Below are positions 18,564 through 27,839 of a DNA stretch of 55,831 nucleotides, piece after piece. Every line of letters begins with the position of its first letter. Within the stretch, counting starts at the first letter, position 1. The stretch is from positions 1 to 55,831 of the forward strand of contig SFXD01000001.1 of the NCBI GenBank assembly GCA_004559785.1, written 5' to 3'. The notes beneath the pieces are model-generated. The model ran no database searches and had not been told where the DNA came from. It worked only from the letters and a program-made list of their open reading frames with translations. This stretch comes from a bacterium. Lineage in GTDB: Bacteria; Bacteroidota; Bacteroidia; Bacteroidales; Bacteroidaceae. Both the position numbers and the translations under genes were made by a program.

Positions 18564-18638
18564 CGAAAAAAAGTCCATCCCAAGCAAAACGGGGGATATT
18601 TTTTTTTGAATCACGTTGAATATAATCAATTTAATTCA

Positions 18639-18646
18639 TATCTTTG
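18639..18646 (+). promoter_or_regulatory. -7 box TATCTTTG for the divergent plus-strand operon
   Basis: tatctttg lies 10 nt before the ATG at 18656 and 40 nt before the ATG at 18686. Confidence 0.45.
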
Positions 18647-18655
18647 CATCCTGAT

Positions 18656-19186
18656 ATGGACAATTTCACTAACCCATTTGTCTGGATGCTCAGGTTCAGG
18701 CACAGGCGCGGGTACGGAGTTCACTCGCCCTTCGCATACGAATTCCTGACCAACGTCGTATACGAGAAGGGGGAATTTTACCAGTACTCCACCCTCGACA
18801 GGGAACTTGCCTTGAAGCAACGGTTCCGCATACGCCAATGCCTGCACCTCATGTTTCGCCTGTCAAACCACCTCCAGCCCGGCACCGCTTTCGTGGACGA
18901 GCCCACGGGACAAGCCGCCAGGTACGTTATGGCAGGCTGCCACAAATGCAGGCTGACCGACAAGCCCGACGACGAGGAACTGGACCTCTGCCTGCTTGCC
19001 TCACCTAACGACCAGGCGGCATGCCGAATCCGAGAGGGCGGGGTGCTCGTCGTCGACAACCTGCGGCAGCACCACGCCTGGTTTGCCTCACTGCCAGCGG
19101 TGCTGACCTTCGACCTGTGGGACATGGGCATAGCCTTCTTCGACAGCAGATACAACAAGCAACACTATATCGTCAACTTCACATGA
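18656..19186 (+). CDS. Conserved hypothetical protein (GVHSPF motif near the N-terminus); function unknown
   Basis: The track ORF begins at a TTG inside the -7 box. The first ATG is at 18656, with an alternative at 18686 (MLRFRHRRGYGVHSPFAYEF..). Its stop overlaps the next start (ATGA at 19183-19186). Confidence 0.5.
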   Translation: MDNFTNPFVWMLRFRHRRGYGVHSPFAYEFLTNVVYEKGEFYQYSTLDRELALKQRFRIRQCLHLMFRLSNHLQPGTAFVDEPTGQAARYVMAGCHKCRLTDKPDDEELDLCLLASPNDQAACRIREGGVLVVDNLRQHHAWFASLPAVLTFDLWDMGIAFFDSRYNKQHYIVNFT

Positions 19187-19737
19187 AATCCAACATCTAC
19201 ACACGCAAGGGGGACTCCGGCATGACAAGCCTCGCCACGGGAGAAAGGGTGCGCAAGGACAGCCTGCGCCTGGAATGCTACGGGACCATCGACGAGCTGA
19301 ACAGCCACCTCGGACTGCTGCTGGCCGAAGTGGAGGAGGAGGCCGTCAGGCAAAGGCTCGTGGGCATACAGAACACGCTGTTCGTAATAGGCGCGGTACT
19401 CGCATCGCCAGGACGCAACGACACCCCCTGCCCCATTACCGGCAATACGATAGAACGCCTGGAACACGACATAGACGCAACCGCCGAAGGACTGCCTGCA
19501 TGGAGGGGATTCACGCTGCCCGGAGGATGCCGTGCCGCCGCACAGGCACACGTCTGCCGCACCGTCTGCCGGAGAGCCGAGCGCAGGATGCTCGCACTGC
19601 AGGCCGTGGAGGACGTGCAGCCGCAGTTGCTGGCTTACATCAACCGCCTGAGCGACTATCTATACACTCTGGCATGCAATCTGAACAGAATTTCGGGAAC
19701 AGAGGAAATTTTATGGGACAAAACCATAGTAGTTTGA
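19183..19737 (+). CDS. ATP:cob(I)alamin adenosyltransferase, PduO type
   Basis: MKSNIYTRKGDSGMTSLATGERVRKDSLRLECYGTIDELNSHLG...LPGG...AHVCRTVCRRAER...INRLSDYLY is a typical PduO-type pattern. The 184-aa form starts at 19183. The longer track ORF (19021) is an out-of-family extension. Confidence 0.85.
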   Translation: MKSNIYTRKGDSGMTSLATGERVRKDSLRLECYGTIDELNSHLGLLLAEVEEEAVRQRLVGIQNTLFVIGAVLASPGRNDTPCPITGNTIERLEHDIDATAEGLPAWRGFTLPGGCRAAAQAHVCRTVCRRAERRMLALQAVEDVQPQLLAYINRLSDYLYTLACNLNRISGTEEILWDKTIVV

Positions 19738-19748
19738 GAAAAAAACCT

Positions 19749-19756
19749 TATATTTG
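19749..19756 (+). promoter_or_regulatory. -7 box TATATTTG upstream of the DUF2795 gene
   Basis: It matches TAnnTTTG ~80 nt before the ATG at 19836. Confidence 0.4.
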
Positions 19757-19835
19757 CGCCCGTTTATATAAAAAACGGACAGGGGGGAAGCCCCTGCAAC
19801 ACGTCTGTCGAAGGATTAACTAAACAATAGCAAAT

Positions 19836-20057
19836 ATGTATTGGACACTTGAATTGGCATCAAAACTGGAAGACGCACCATGGCCTGCAACTAAGGAAGA
19901 ACTCATCGACTATGCCACCCGTAGCGGAGCTCCGCTGGAGGTGATAGAGAACCTCTCGGAAATAGAAGACGAGGGCGACGTGTACGAGACCATAGAGGAC
20001 ATCTGGCCAGACTATCCAACGAAGGAGGATTTCCTCTTCAACGAGGACGAGTACTAA
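19836..20057 (+). CDS. DUF2795 domain protein
   Basis: 73 aa: ..APWPATKEELIDYATRSGAPLEVIENLSEIEDEG.. is the characteristic DUF2795 pattern. Confidence 0.75.
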   Translation: MYWTLELASKLEDAPWPATKEELIDYATRSGAPLEVIENLSEIEDEGDVYETIEDIWPDYPTKEDFLFNEDEY

Positions 20058-20092
20058 GAGAGACATAGGGCTCACACACGAGATTCCAGTGC

Positions 20093-20128
20093 CGGCGAGG
20101 CAAGCAACGTCACTTGCTTGCCTCGCCG
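20093..20128. terminator. Perfect 15-bp stem hairpin between convergent genes (bidirectional terminator candidate; no clear U-tract)
   Basis: CGGCGAGGCAAGCAA (20093-20107), loop cgtcac, then TTGCTTGCCTCGCCG (20114-20128). Confidence 0.45.
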
Positions 20129-20190
20129 ATTGCTTTGACATTGTAAAGGATTTTCCCTCCCGGGGAAAAGGTAGCTCACAGCTCAAGTCT

Positions 20191-20221
20191 TCCCCCTAAA
20201 CAGGGGGACTGAGGGGGTCTC
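20191..20221. repeat. Solo inverted copy of the REP-like core, abutting the histidine-kinase stop codon
   Basis: tccccctaaacagggggactgagggggtctc is the exact reverse complement of the 12537 core. The HK stop (tca) begins at 20222. Confidence 0.85.
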
Positions 20222-21112
20222 TCACAGCCTATCGTCCTCTATCTCGAAGGTGACGTTATAGCCCGTGATGGGATGCTCGCGCAGGGAGAGAGAGAAGCCC
20301 TGCATCATCAGGATCCTACGGGAGAGGGAAAGCCCAATGCCGGAACCTTGAGGCTTGGTGGTGAAGAACGGGACGAAGACATCGCATGCCACATCGTCGG
20401 GAATCGAATGCCCGTCGTTGCTGACCTGCAACTTGCAGAATGCATGGGGCGGGCGTCTGGAATCCTGCTGGCGAGGGACATGCCTGATGCCAATGGTATG
20501 GGCATTAGCCTCAGAAGCATTCCTCGCAATGTTGATGAACACCTGGCGTAGGAGGTTCTCGTCGGCATGGATGATGGTGTCGGAGGGGACATCTATCTCC
20601 CAACGTATTTGGGGATGGATGGCATGAAGCGATGCCAGGAAGCCAGACAGGTTGATGTCCTTCATTATCGGTTCCTGCAACTGGGTCAGCTTGCGGTAAC
20701 TGTCCACGAAGACGGCAAGTCCCATGCTCGTGTCGCGAATGGCCCTGATTCCCTCCTCGTAGGCAGAACCCTTGATGCTTGGATCCGAGAGATATGCTTG
20801 GCTGATGCTCCGTATGGGCGTCGTGGCATTCATTATCTCATGGGTCAGCACACGAGTGAGGCGCTGCCACGACTCCACCTCGCCCTGTGCAACGAGCCTC
20901 TGTATGTCCTGCCCCATATCGTTGAGCACTTCCTGCAAGGCACGCTCGCCGAAGAGCAGCCCCTTGGTGGGCAGCCGAAACGTGAAATCGCGATGGCGGA
21001 TGGCATCGTGCATCAGCCTTGCACGGTCGCGTAACAGGCATTGGTGTCTGTAGGCTAACAAGGTGGCTACGACGAAGGAGACTACGAGGATGGCAACAAC
21101 GGTGTGTGTCAT
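20222..21112 (-). CDS. Sensor histidine kinase (one TM helix, HisKA, HATPase_c)
   Basis: H-box ..LTHEIMNATTPIRS.., N-box ..FINIARNASEA.. and G-box ..TTKPQGSGIGLSLS... The ATG at 21112 (MTHTVVAILVVSFVVATLLAY) overlaps the RR stop by 4 nt (ATGA). The track start at 21187 lies inside the RR gene. Confidence 0.8.
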   Translation of the reverse strand: MTHTVVAILVVSFVVATLLAYRHQCLLRDRARLMHDAIRHRDFTFRLPTKGLLFGERALQEVLNDMGQDIQRLVAQGEVESWQRLTRVLTHEIMNATTPIRSISQAYLSDPSIKGSAYEEGIRAIRDTSMGLAVFVDSYRKLTQLQEPIMKDINLSGFLASLHAIHPQIRWEIDVPSDTIIHADENLLRQVFINIARNASEANAHTIGIRHVPRQQDSRRPPHAFCKLQVSNDGHSIPDDVACDVFVPFFTTKPQGSGIGLSLSRRILMMQGFSLSLREHPITGYNVTFEIEDDRL

Positions 21113-21633
21113 GGCTGGTATTTCTTGTATAGCGTCTGGCGGGTGATGCCGAGCAATTCGGCAGCCTTGCTCATGTTGCCGTGGCACTTGTCCACCACCT
21201 TCCTTACGTGCGTCTTCTCAACTTCGTCGAGAGTGGACACTTCCTTCGTCCTGTCTATGGCATCCTTCAGCACGCGTATCAGTTCGTCGTTGTCCCAAGG
21301 CTTGGTCACGAAGTCGGCGGCTCCGTTCTTCAATCCCCTCACGGCAAGCCTGACATCGGCGTAGGCGGTTGCCAGCACCACCGGGATGTCGGGATGCCTG
21401 CGATGGATGGCAGAGAGCCAGACCATGCCCTCCTGCCCTGAGTTCACGCCCATGGAGAAATTCATGTCCAGCAGCACAACGTCCACATGCTCCCTCTGGA
21501 TGGTGGGAAGTATGGAGTCGGTCGTAGAAAGGGTGACGATGCGCTCGAACACCTTGGAAAGGCATATCCTCACGGCCGTCAGGATAGCAGGGTTGTCGTC
21601 CACGACGAGTATTGTCCCATAATTCTGATTCAT
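21109..21633 (-). CDS. Response regulator: REC domain plus Fis-type HTH, with no central AAA+ (sigma-54) module
   Basis: 174 aa. ..ILVVDDNPAIL..VVLLDMNF..DFVTKPW.. is the REC domain. ..HGNMSKAAELLGITRQTLYKKY is an HTH_8-like tail. Confidence 0.8.
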   Translation of the reverse strand: MNQNYGTILVVDDNPAILTAVRICLSKVFERIVTLSTTDSILPTIQREHVDVVLLDMNFSMGVNSGQEGMVWLSAIHRRHPDIPVVLATAYADVRLAVRGLKNGAADFVTKPWDNDELIRVLKDAIDRTKEVSTLDEVEKTHVRKVVDKCHGNMSKAAELLGITRQTLYKKYQP

Positions 21634-21637
21634 GCTG

Positions 21638-21645
21638 CAAAGTTA
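21638..21645 (-). promoter_or_regulatory. -7 box TAACTTTG only 4 nt upstream of the RR start codon (near-leaderless transcript?)
   Basis: caaagtta on the plus strand. The RR ATG occupies 21633-21631. Confidence 0.35.
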
Positions 21646-21699
21646 TGCTTTTTCTTTGTAAAAAGGGAGTGGAAAGCGGCATTTCGAACACTACCGCGA

Positions 21700-21745
21700 G
21701 AAAAGTGTATGATTTTCATACAGAAAAGTGTATGATATTCATACA
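21700..21745. promoter_or_regulatory. Two tandem 23-bp repeats, each holding the palindrome TGTATGA-N3-TCATACA (operator candidate)
   Basis: gaaaagTGTATGAtttTCATACA (21700-21722) and gaaaagTGTATGAtatTCATACA (21723-21745). They differ at a single base. They sit in the divergent RR/HK - efflux intergenic region, ~50-100 nt upstream of the efflux -7 box. Confidence 0.55.
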
Positions 21746-21795
21746 AACTGCACTACGCAGTGGGGAAAGGCAAGGCAGGAACCAGACATTTGTCC

Positions 21796-21803
21796 TACCT
21801 TTG
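21796..21803 (+). promoter_or_regulatory. -7 box TACCTTTG for the efflux operon
   Basis: tacctttg lies 22 nt before the ATG at 21826. Confidence 0.5.
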
Positions 21804-21825
21804 CAACGACAAACAAGCAGAAGCA

Positions 21826-23292
21826 ATGGGAAAGATTATTTGCATGATGGTTGCACTGGCGGTTAGCAAGTGCCTGACAGCAGCGGAGGCTGACACCCTG
21901 TCTCTATGCCTGCAGGACGCCATACGCCTGGCCCGGAGCCAGTCGCCCTCCGTACAGAGCGCACGCAACACCTTCCTTGCAGCCTACTGGAACTACCGCT
22001 ACTTCCGTGCCAACTATCTCCCGTCCGTGACACTCACATCCTCGCCATACCTCAATAGGGAGATGAACAAGATTACCCAGTCGGACGGGACGGCGAGGTT
22101 CATACAGCAAGACCAATTCGGGGCAGACCTTACGCTGCGCGTGAACCAGAACATAAGCTGGACAGGAGGCAGCCTGTTCCTGAAGAGCAGCCTTAGCCGA
22201 ATCGACGAGTTCCAGGACAACTCTACGGCTTACAGCAGCCGCCCGCTTGTGGTGGGCTACGAGCAGAACCTCTTTGGGTACAATGCGCTGAAATGGAACA
22301 GGCGCATAGAGCCAATACGCTACACCGAGGCAAAGAAGCAGTACGCCGAGACCCTCGAAGTAATCTCCGCCACTACATGCAGCCACTTCTTCACCCTGGC
22401 TTCGGCTCAGGCCGAACTGGAGATGGCACGACAGAACCTCGCGTCGGCAGACACCCTATACAGCATGGCGCAGGGGCGGTACAGGATTGGCACCATCACG
22501 GAAAACGAGATGCTGCAACTGGAAATCAACCGACTCAACGAGGAAACCAACGTGATGGATGCGGAAATCAACCTAAAGGAGGTGGAGCAGAGCGTACGTT
22601 CCTTCCTTGGGCTGGACCAAACGGTGTCGCTCAGGCTGGTGATGCCCGACAGCGTGCCGCAGTTCGAGGTGCCGCTGGCATCCGCCATGGAACTTGCCAT
22701 GCACAACAATCCCGACCCCGAATACTACAGGCGCATCGTCAAGGAGAGCGAAAGCAACCTCTCTAACGCAAAGGCTACGCGAGGACTGCGAGCCGACCTA
22801 TATGTGCAGTTCGGACTCTCGCAGACGGGACGCGACGTTGGCAGTGCCTACAACCACCTCCTGCACCAAGAGTATGCCAGTGTGTCCCTATCCCTCCCAA
22901 TCCTCGACTGGGGACGAGGAAAGGGCAAGGTGAGGGTTGCCAAGTCGCAACTGGCTCTCGCCAGGACACAGGCAGAGCAGGGCATGGACAACTTCTGCCA
23001 GAATGTGGAGAAACTGGTGATGCAGTTCAACATGCAGGCTCGCCGCGTACACATAGCTGTCCTTACGGACAAGAGGGCAGAGCAACGGCACACTGTAGCA
23101 CGGCGATTGTATGTCACGGGAGGAAGCAGCATACTCGACCTAAATGCCGCCATCAGCGAAAGGAACGCCGCCAAGCGGGGGCGAATCAACACCATGCGCA
23201 CCTACTGGACCCTCTACTACACGCTACGCAGCCTGACGGCTTACGACTTCGAACATGATGCGCCCCTGACAGAACGCTTACCCATCGACTGA
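21826..23292 (+). CDS. TolC-family outer-membrane efflux protein
   Basis: Start chosen at MGKIICMMVALAVS.. downstream of the -7 box. The body has two repeated coiled-coil halves typical of OEP/TolC (..LSLCLQDAIRLARSQSPSVQSA.., ..QLALARTQAEQ..). It is the first gene of an adaptor and ABC operon. Confidence 0.75.
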   Translation: MGKIICMMVALAVSKCLTAAEADTLSLCLQDAIRLARSQSPSVQSARNTFLAAYWNYRYFRANYLPSVTLTSSPYLNREMNKITQSDGTARFIQQDQFGADLTLRVNQNISWTGGSLFLKSSLSRIDEFQDNSTAYSSRPLVVGYEQNLFGYNALKWNRRIEPIRYTEAKKQYAETLEVISATTCSHFFTLASAQAELEMARQNLASADTLYSMAQGRYRIGTITENEMLQLEINRLNEETNVMDAEINLKEVEQSVRSFLGLDQTVSLRLVMPDSVPQFEVPLASAMELAMHNNPDPEYYRRIVKESESNLSNAKATRGLRADLYVQFGLSQTGRDVGSAYNHLLHQEYASVSLSLPILDWGRGKGKVRVAKSQLALARTQAEQGMDNFCQNVEKLVMQFNMQARRVHIAVLTDKRAEQRHTVARRLYVTGGSSILDLNAAISERNAAKRGRINTMRTYWTLYYTLRSLTAYDFEHDAPLTERLPID

Positions 23293-23321
23293 CAAACATA
23301 TACATTATATAATATATAAAT

Positions 23322-24572
23322 ATGGATATCCAACTCAAGCCCAGACCTTGGTACATCAGGCATCCGTACCGCATACTCGCAGGCATTGCCTTCCTTGGCT
23401 TTGCCGTATATGTCACTTTGCTTGCCTTCGGGCCTCGCCGCCTGATGATAGACGCCAACGAGTACAACATTGTCAATGTGCAGGAACTGCCATTCATGGA
23501 GTATATAGACGTGGAAGGCGTGGTATGCCCCATACAGACCATACGCCTCAATGTGATGGAAAGCGGCTATGTCGAACGGATAGTGGCAGAGGACGGCGCC
23601 ATGCTACAGGCAGGCGACACCATCCTTGTCCTGTCCAATCCCGAACTGCTACGCACCATCGACGAGGAACAGGCTGAATGGGAAAACCAACAACGCAACT
23701 ACCGCGAGCAGGAAATAGAGATGGAGCAGCATTCCATCACCCTCCGACAGCAAGCCCTGGATGCCGCACACCAGATGGCATCGCTCGAAAAGTCCTTGCA
23801 ACAAAGCCGCGAGGAATACCGGATGGGAATAAAGAGCAAGGCTGAACTGGAAGTGCTGGAAGAGGACTACAACTACAGATGCAAGAAGGCTGAACTGGAG
23901 GTGCAGAGCCTCAAGCACGACTCCGTATGCACGCTCCTCAAACGGGAGATGGTAGATGCCAGGCGCAAAGCTTCCATGCGAAAGATGTCCCGCTCGGCTG
24001 ACCGGGTTGCCAATCTCGTAGTACGCACCAACGTAGCAGGGCAGCTCAGTTTCCTAAACGTCACACTGGGGCAGCAAGTGCCTTCGGGTACAAGCGTGGG
24101 AGAAATAAAGGTGCTCACCGAATACAAGGTTCACGCCTCGCTTTCCGAATACTACATAGACCGCATCACCACGGGGCTGCCTGCCAGCATACGATACCAG
24201 GAAGTGAGGTTCCCTCTGCGCATCAGCAAGGTGGTACCCGAGGTCAAGGACAAGAACTTCGACTGCGACCTCGTCTTCACCGCCGACAAGCCTGCCAACA
24301 TCCGCCTGGGCAAGAGCTATCGCGTACAGATAGAATTGGGCAATCAAGAGACGACTCTCGTCATCCCCAGGGGCGACTTCTTCCAACACACTGTTGGGCA
24401 ATGGATATACCGTCTCTCGCCAGATGGCAAGACAGCACGGAAGACTCCGATAAAGATTGGGCGCGAAAACCCGCAGCAGTACGAAATACTTTCCGGCCTG
24501 CAGCCAGGCGACAAGGTTCTGGTGAGCGGCTACGGCAAGTTTGGCAACATCGACGAACTGGTGATAAAGTGA
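23322..24572 (+). CDS. HlyD/MacA-type periplasmic adaptor subunit
   Basis: 416 aa with an N-terminal TM anchor, a long coiled-coil segment (..EEQAEWENQQRNYREQEIEMEQ..) and beta-barrel-like C-terminal parts. It lies between the TolC and ABC genes. Confidence 0.75.
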   Translation: MDIQLKPRPWYIRHPYRILAGIAFLGFAVYVTLLAFGPRRLMIDANEYNIVNVQELPFMEYIDVEGVVCPIQTIRLNVMESGYVERIVAEDGAMLQAGDTILVLSNPELLRTIDEEQAEWENQQRNYREQEIEMEQHSITLRQQALDAAHQMASLEKSLQQSREEYRMGIKSKAELEVLEEDYNYRCKKAELEVQSLKHDSVCTLLKREMVDARRKASMRKMSRSADRVANLVVRTNVAGQLSFLNVTLGQQVPSGTSVGEIKVLTEYKVHASLSEYYIDRITTGLPASIRYQEVRFPLRISKVVPEVKDKNFDCDLVFTADKPANIRLGKSYRVQIELGNQETTLVIPRGDFFQHTVGQWIYRLSPDGKTARKTPIKIGRENPQQYEILSGLQPGDKVLVSGYGKFGNIDELVIK

Positions 24573-24585
24573 TGAAGAGCAATGA

Positions 24586-24616
24586 GAGACCCCCTCAGTC
24601 CCCCTGTTTAGGGGGA
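24586..24616. repeat. Forward copy of the REP-like core, 14 nt after the adaptor stop, followed by a TGAGC-rich tail to ~24660
   Basis: gagaccccctcagtccccctgtttaggggga is followed by agcaATGAGCaATGAGCagtgggcaATGAGCagTGAGagaccct. The first 42 nt are identical to the reverse complement of 12670-12711. Confidence 0.85.
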
Positions 24617-24752
24617 AGCAATGAGCAATGAGCAGTGGGCAATGAGCAGTGAGAGACCCTCCGCAGCACGATGCGCACCAATCCCTCGGAAACTATCGCC
24701 AAGGAATAGCAATCAACACGAATAAACAATAACCCCAAAATAAACAAGAATT

Positions 24753-25427
24753 ATGATTCGGCTAAAGAACATCAAGAAAGTATTCCGTACTGAAGAAGTG
24801 GAGACATGGGCACTACGCGAGGTAAACCTCGAAGTGAAGGCAGGCGAGTTTGTTGCCATCATGGGACCGTCGGGCTGCGGCAAGTCCACCCTGCTGAACA
24901 TCCTGGGACTGCTGGACAATCCCACCGAAGGCTCGTACATACTGAACGGGAAGGACGTGAGCACGCTCAGGGAGAACGACCGCACGGATATCCGAAAGGG
25001 TGTCATCGGTTTCGTCTTCCAGAGCTTCAACCTCATCGACGAGCTCAACGTCTATGAGAACATCGAGTTGCCCTTGCTCTACATGGGCGTACCTGCCAAG
25101 GAGCGCAAGCAACGCATCGAGGCAGCGATGGACCGCATGGCAATCTCCCACCGCCGCAAGCATTTCCCCAGCCAGCTCTCGGGCGGCCAGCAGCAACGCG
25201 TCGCTATAGCACGTGCCGTGTTGTCCAATCCCAAGATTATACTTGCCGACGAGCCTACGGGTAACCTGGACTCCAAGAACGGCAAGGAGGTGATGAACCT
25301 GCTGAGCGAACTGCACCGGGAGGGAACCACCATCGTCATGGTGACTCACTCGCAGCACGATGCCTCCTACGCCGACCGCATCGTCAAGCTATATGACGGT
25401 GAGATTGTGAAGCAAGTTGAACTATAA
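24753..25427 (+). CDS. ABC transporter ATP-binding protein (MacB/LolD-type)
   Basis: Walker [10 protein letters not shown], signature [14 protein letters not shown], Walker B IILADEPT. Confidence 0.9.
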   Translation: MIRLKNIKKVFRTEEVETWALREVNLEVKAGEFVAIMGPSGCGKSTLLNILGLLDNPTEGSYILNGKDVSTLRENDRTDIRKGVIGFVFQSFNLIDELNVYENIELPLLYMGVPAKERKQRIEAAMDRMAISHRRKHFPSQLSGGQQQRVAIARAVLSNPKIILADEPTGNLDSKNGKEVMNLLSELHREGTTIVMVTHSQHDASYADRIVKLYDGEIVKQVEL

Positions 25428-25439
25428 CAGCCAGCCTCC

Positions 25440-27839
25440 ATGTCTATGATTCTCCATAACCTGAGGGTTGCCATACGCAACCTCATGAGGTACAAGGTGC
25501 AGACCCTCGTCTCCGTACTGAGCATCGCCATCGGCATTGTCACGCTGGCGTTCGTACACGCTGCCATGTCGGACTACAAGTTCTCCGCCCTCCTCGACCA
25601 ACCCTATTATGAAAGGGCGTACAACATAGGCTTTTCGCCACTGGAGGAAAGCGAGCCCCAAGCCAATGGCTGCGAGACTGGCAGTTGCGACATAACACCC
25701 GACATAGTCCGCGCACTGAAACCTGAAGGTGGACTCAGGTGTGCCGAACAGGTGACGGTACTTGCCGACATGATAGAGGGAACAATCTCCACGGAGTTTC
25801 ACTTGTGCGACTCCACGGTACGCAAGACCCTTCTCATCGGCAACATGGTCGACCCTGGACTGCCGAACTACCTTGGGCTGAGGTCTGCCATCACGGGCGA
25901 GAAGATAAAACCGCTGAAACCGGGCGAGGCGATTATCAGCAAGAGGGAGGCAGCCCAAATCTTCGGGGATGCCAATCCCATCGGTGCCACTCAGGAGTCG
26001 CCTTTGCATAGGCAACCCGGTCAGATAACCATTGTCGATGTATTCGACACCCCGTCCTGCTTCGACCATTGGTTCACCCGCCCGGCTCTTTACTATACCT
26101 TTGGCCCCATAGAACTGTTCGGCAGTGGGAATGCCAATGAAAGATGGGAAATAAGCCTGGTACTCAAGGACGGCTTTACAAGGCAGCAGCTACAGACAGA
26201 ACTGGATGCGCACGTGAAGCCTCTCGGGCTGAAATCTGTCTTGACCAAGGAGGCAGACAGGATGAGTGAAACCAACGCCCAGATTATCCTCACCAATACG
26301 CTTGCCCATATAGCAGGTTCGCTCATACTGGTAGCCGCCATCGTAGGCTTCCTGCGGATGCAGGTCCAGCTATTCTGGATGCGCAAGCGCGAGGTAGCCC
26401 TTCGCATAACCCACGGAGCACGGATGCGGCATCTATTCTGGCTATTCTTTACTGAGACGTGCCTAACCGTCGCCCTTTCTGTCGCCGTGGCAATACTGAC
26501 CGGCAAATGGCTGGAAAGGATTGTATACACAGGACTTGCATACGTGTCGGACCTGCCGGAGATGTCCGTCCCCCTTGTCAGGCTCTACAGCCTGCACATA
26601 GGACTTGGGCTGCTATTGATATGCGGACTTGGCGTATGGGTGGCGGTCAGACGCATCTCTGCCTCCGGAAGCGGCCTGGCAGCCAACTTGCGAGGGAGCC
26701 GGACTCATCTTTTCCGCAACGTGATGCTTTGCCTACAGGTGACGATATGTACAGTCTTCGTATGCGGCAATCTTATTGTCCTCAGTTGGTCACGCGAGAT
26801 GCTGTCCTATTACAATCTGCCAGCCAACGACGACTTCTACAGGAAATGCATACTGATGAACATGGTAATGTCCGGCAAGCCCAAGCTGCTGATGGAGGAA
26901 GTCCGCCACCTGCCGAGCCTGGACAAGGTCATACCCCAAGGTATCAGCTATTTGTCTTTCCGCGAGTTGGATGACAATCCCGACATGCTTGCTGCCCTCA
27001 ACGGACGGTATTACCAACCCTTCTATCTGGAATCGGACACAGCACTGCTTTCCTTCTATGGAGTAAGGGTAAACTGGATACGTCGTCCAGCCGACGAAGG
27101 GGCATACCTGCTGTTGGACGAGGACATTTACCAGAAATTACGGGCTACGGAGTCCTTGGGCAATGGGACATTGTCTGTAGACCCGTTTGGCAAGGGATTC
27201 AGGTCGGTGCCCATTGCCGGCACCATACCCAAGTTTCCTTACTCAGACCATGGCGTTTCGGTTCTGGTAAACCACGAGACCACAGCAAGTTTCCAAGACT
27301 ACATCCTCGTTCCCAAGGCAGGTCGATACGGGTCGCTCATGCAAGAGGTGGAGCAAGCCATCCGTCGCATTGAGCCGGAAGTGGTAGAGCCGATAGCCAC
27401 TAACCTGCGCGACAGCCAGTCGGAGATAACCATGGTGGAGGGAATGCGCACGCTGGGCTGGATGCTGGGATTTGTCAGTCTCGTCATCTGTGCCATGGGC
27501 ATTTACAGCACCATCAGCCTCGACACCCGTTCGCGCCAGCAGGAAGTGGCGATACGCAAGGTGTGCGGAGCCAAGGGGCGAGACATCTACATCCTCTTTG
27601 GGCGCATATACCTTGCCGTCATCGTTGTGGCACTATCCATAGCAATCCCCGTTTCGGTCTTATTCAATCGGGCAATGATTGACTTGGACACACGCACTTC
27701 GGAATGTGGGACGTTGTCTCCATTCATGCCATGCCTCGTTGGTTCGTCCTTCATCGTCACGCTGATAGCCTCCATCGTTGTCTGGGAGATCCGCAAGGTG
27801 ATGCAAGTTGGCCGAACGAGCAGCGAGAGCAGCAGCTGA
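25440..27839 (+). CDS. ABC transporter permease with duplicated FtsX-like domains (MacB family)
   Basis: 799 aa. The N-terminus MSMILHNLRVAIRNLMRYKVQTLVSVLSIAIGI is typical. Two TM bundles are separated by large extracytoplasmic domains. It starts 12 nt after the ATPase gene. Confidence 0.8.
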   Translation: MSMILHNLRVAIRNLMRYKVQTLVSVLSIAIGIVTLAFVHAAMSDYKFSALLDQPYYERAYNIGFSPLEESEPQANGCETGSCDITPDIVRALKPEGGLRCAEQVTVLADMIEGTISTEFHLCDSTVRKTLLIGNMVDPGLPNYLGLRSAITGEKIKPLKPGEAIISKREAAQIFGDANPIGATQESPLHRQPGQITIVDVFDTPSCFDHWFTRPALYYTFGPIELFGSGNANERWEISLVLKDGFTRQQLQTELDAHVKPLGLKSVLTKEADRMSETNAQIILTNTLAHIAGSLILVAAIVGFLRMQVQLFWMRKREVALRITHGARMRHLFWLFFTETCLTVALSVAVAILTGKWLERIVYTGLAYVSDLPEMSVPLVRLYSLHIGLGLLLICGLGVWVAVRRISASGSGLAANLRGSRTHLFRNVMLCLQVTICTVFVCGNLIVLSWSREMLSYYNLPANDDFYRKCILMNMVMSGKPKLLMEEVRHLPSLDKVIPQGISYLSFRELDDNPDMLAALNGRYYQPFYLESDTALLSFYGVRVNWIRRPADEGAYLLLDEDIYQKLRATESLGNGTLSVDPFGKGFRSVPIAGTIPKFPYSDHGVSVLVNHETTASFQDYILVPKAGRYGSLMQEVEQAIRRIEPEVVEPIATNLRDSQSEITMVEGMRTLGWMLGFVSLVICAMGIYSTISLDTRSRQQEVAIRKVCGAKGRDIYILFGRIYLAVIVVALSIAIPVSVLFNRAMIDLDTRTSECGTLSPFMPCLVGSSFIVTLIASIVVWEIRKVMQVGRTSSESSS

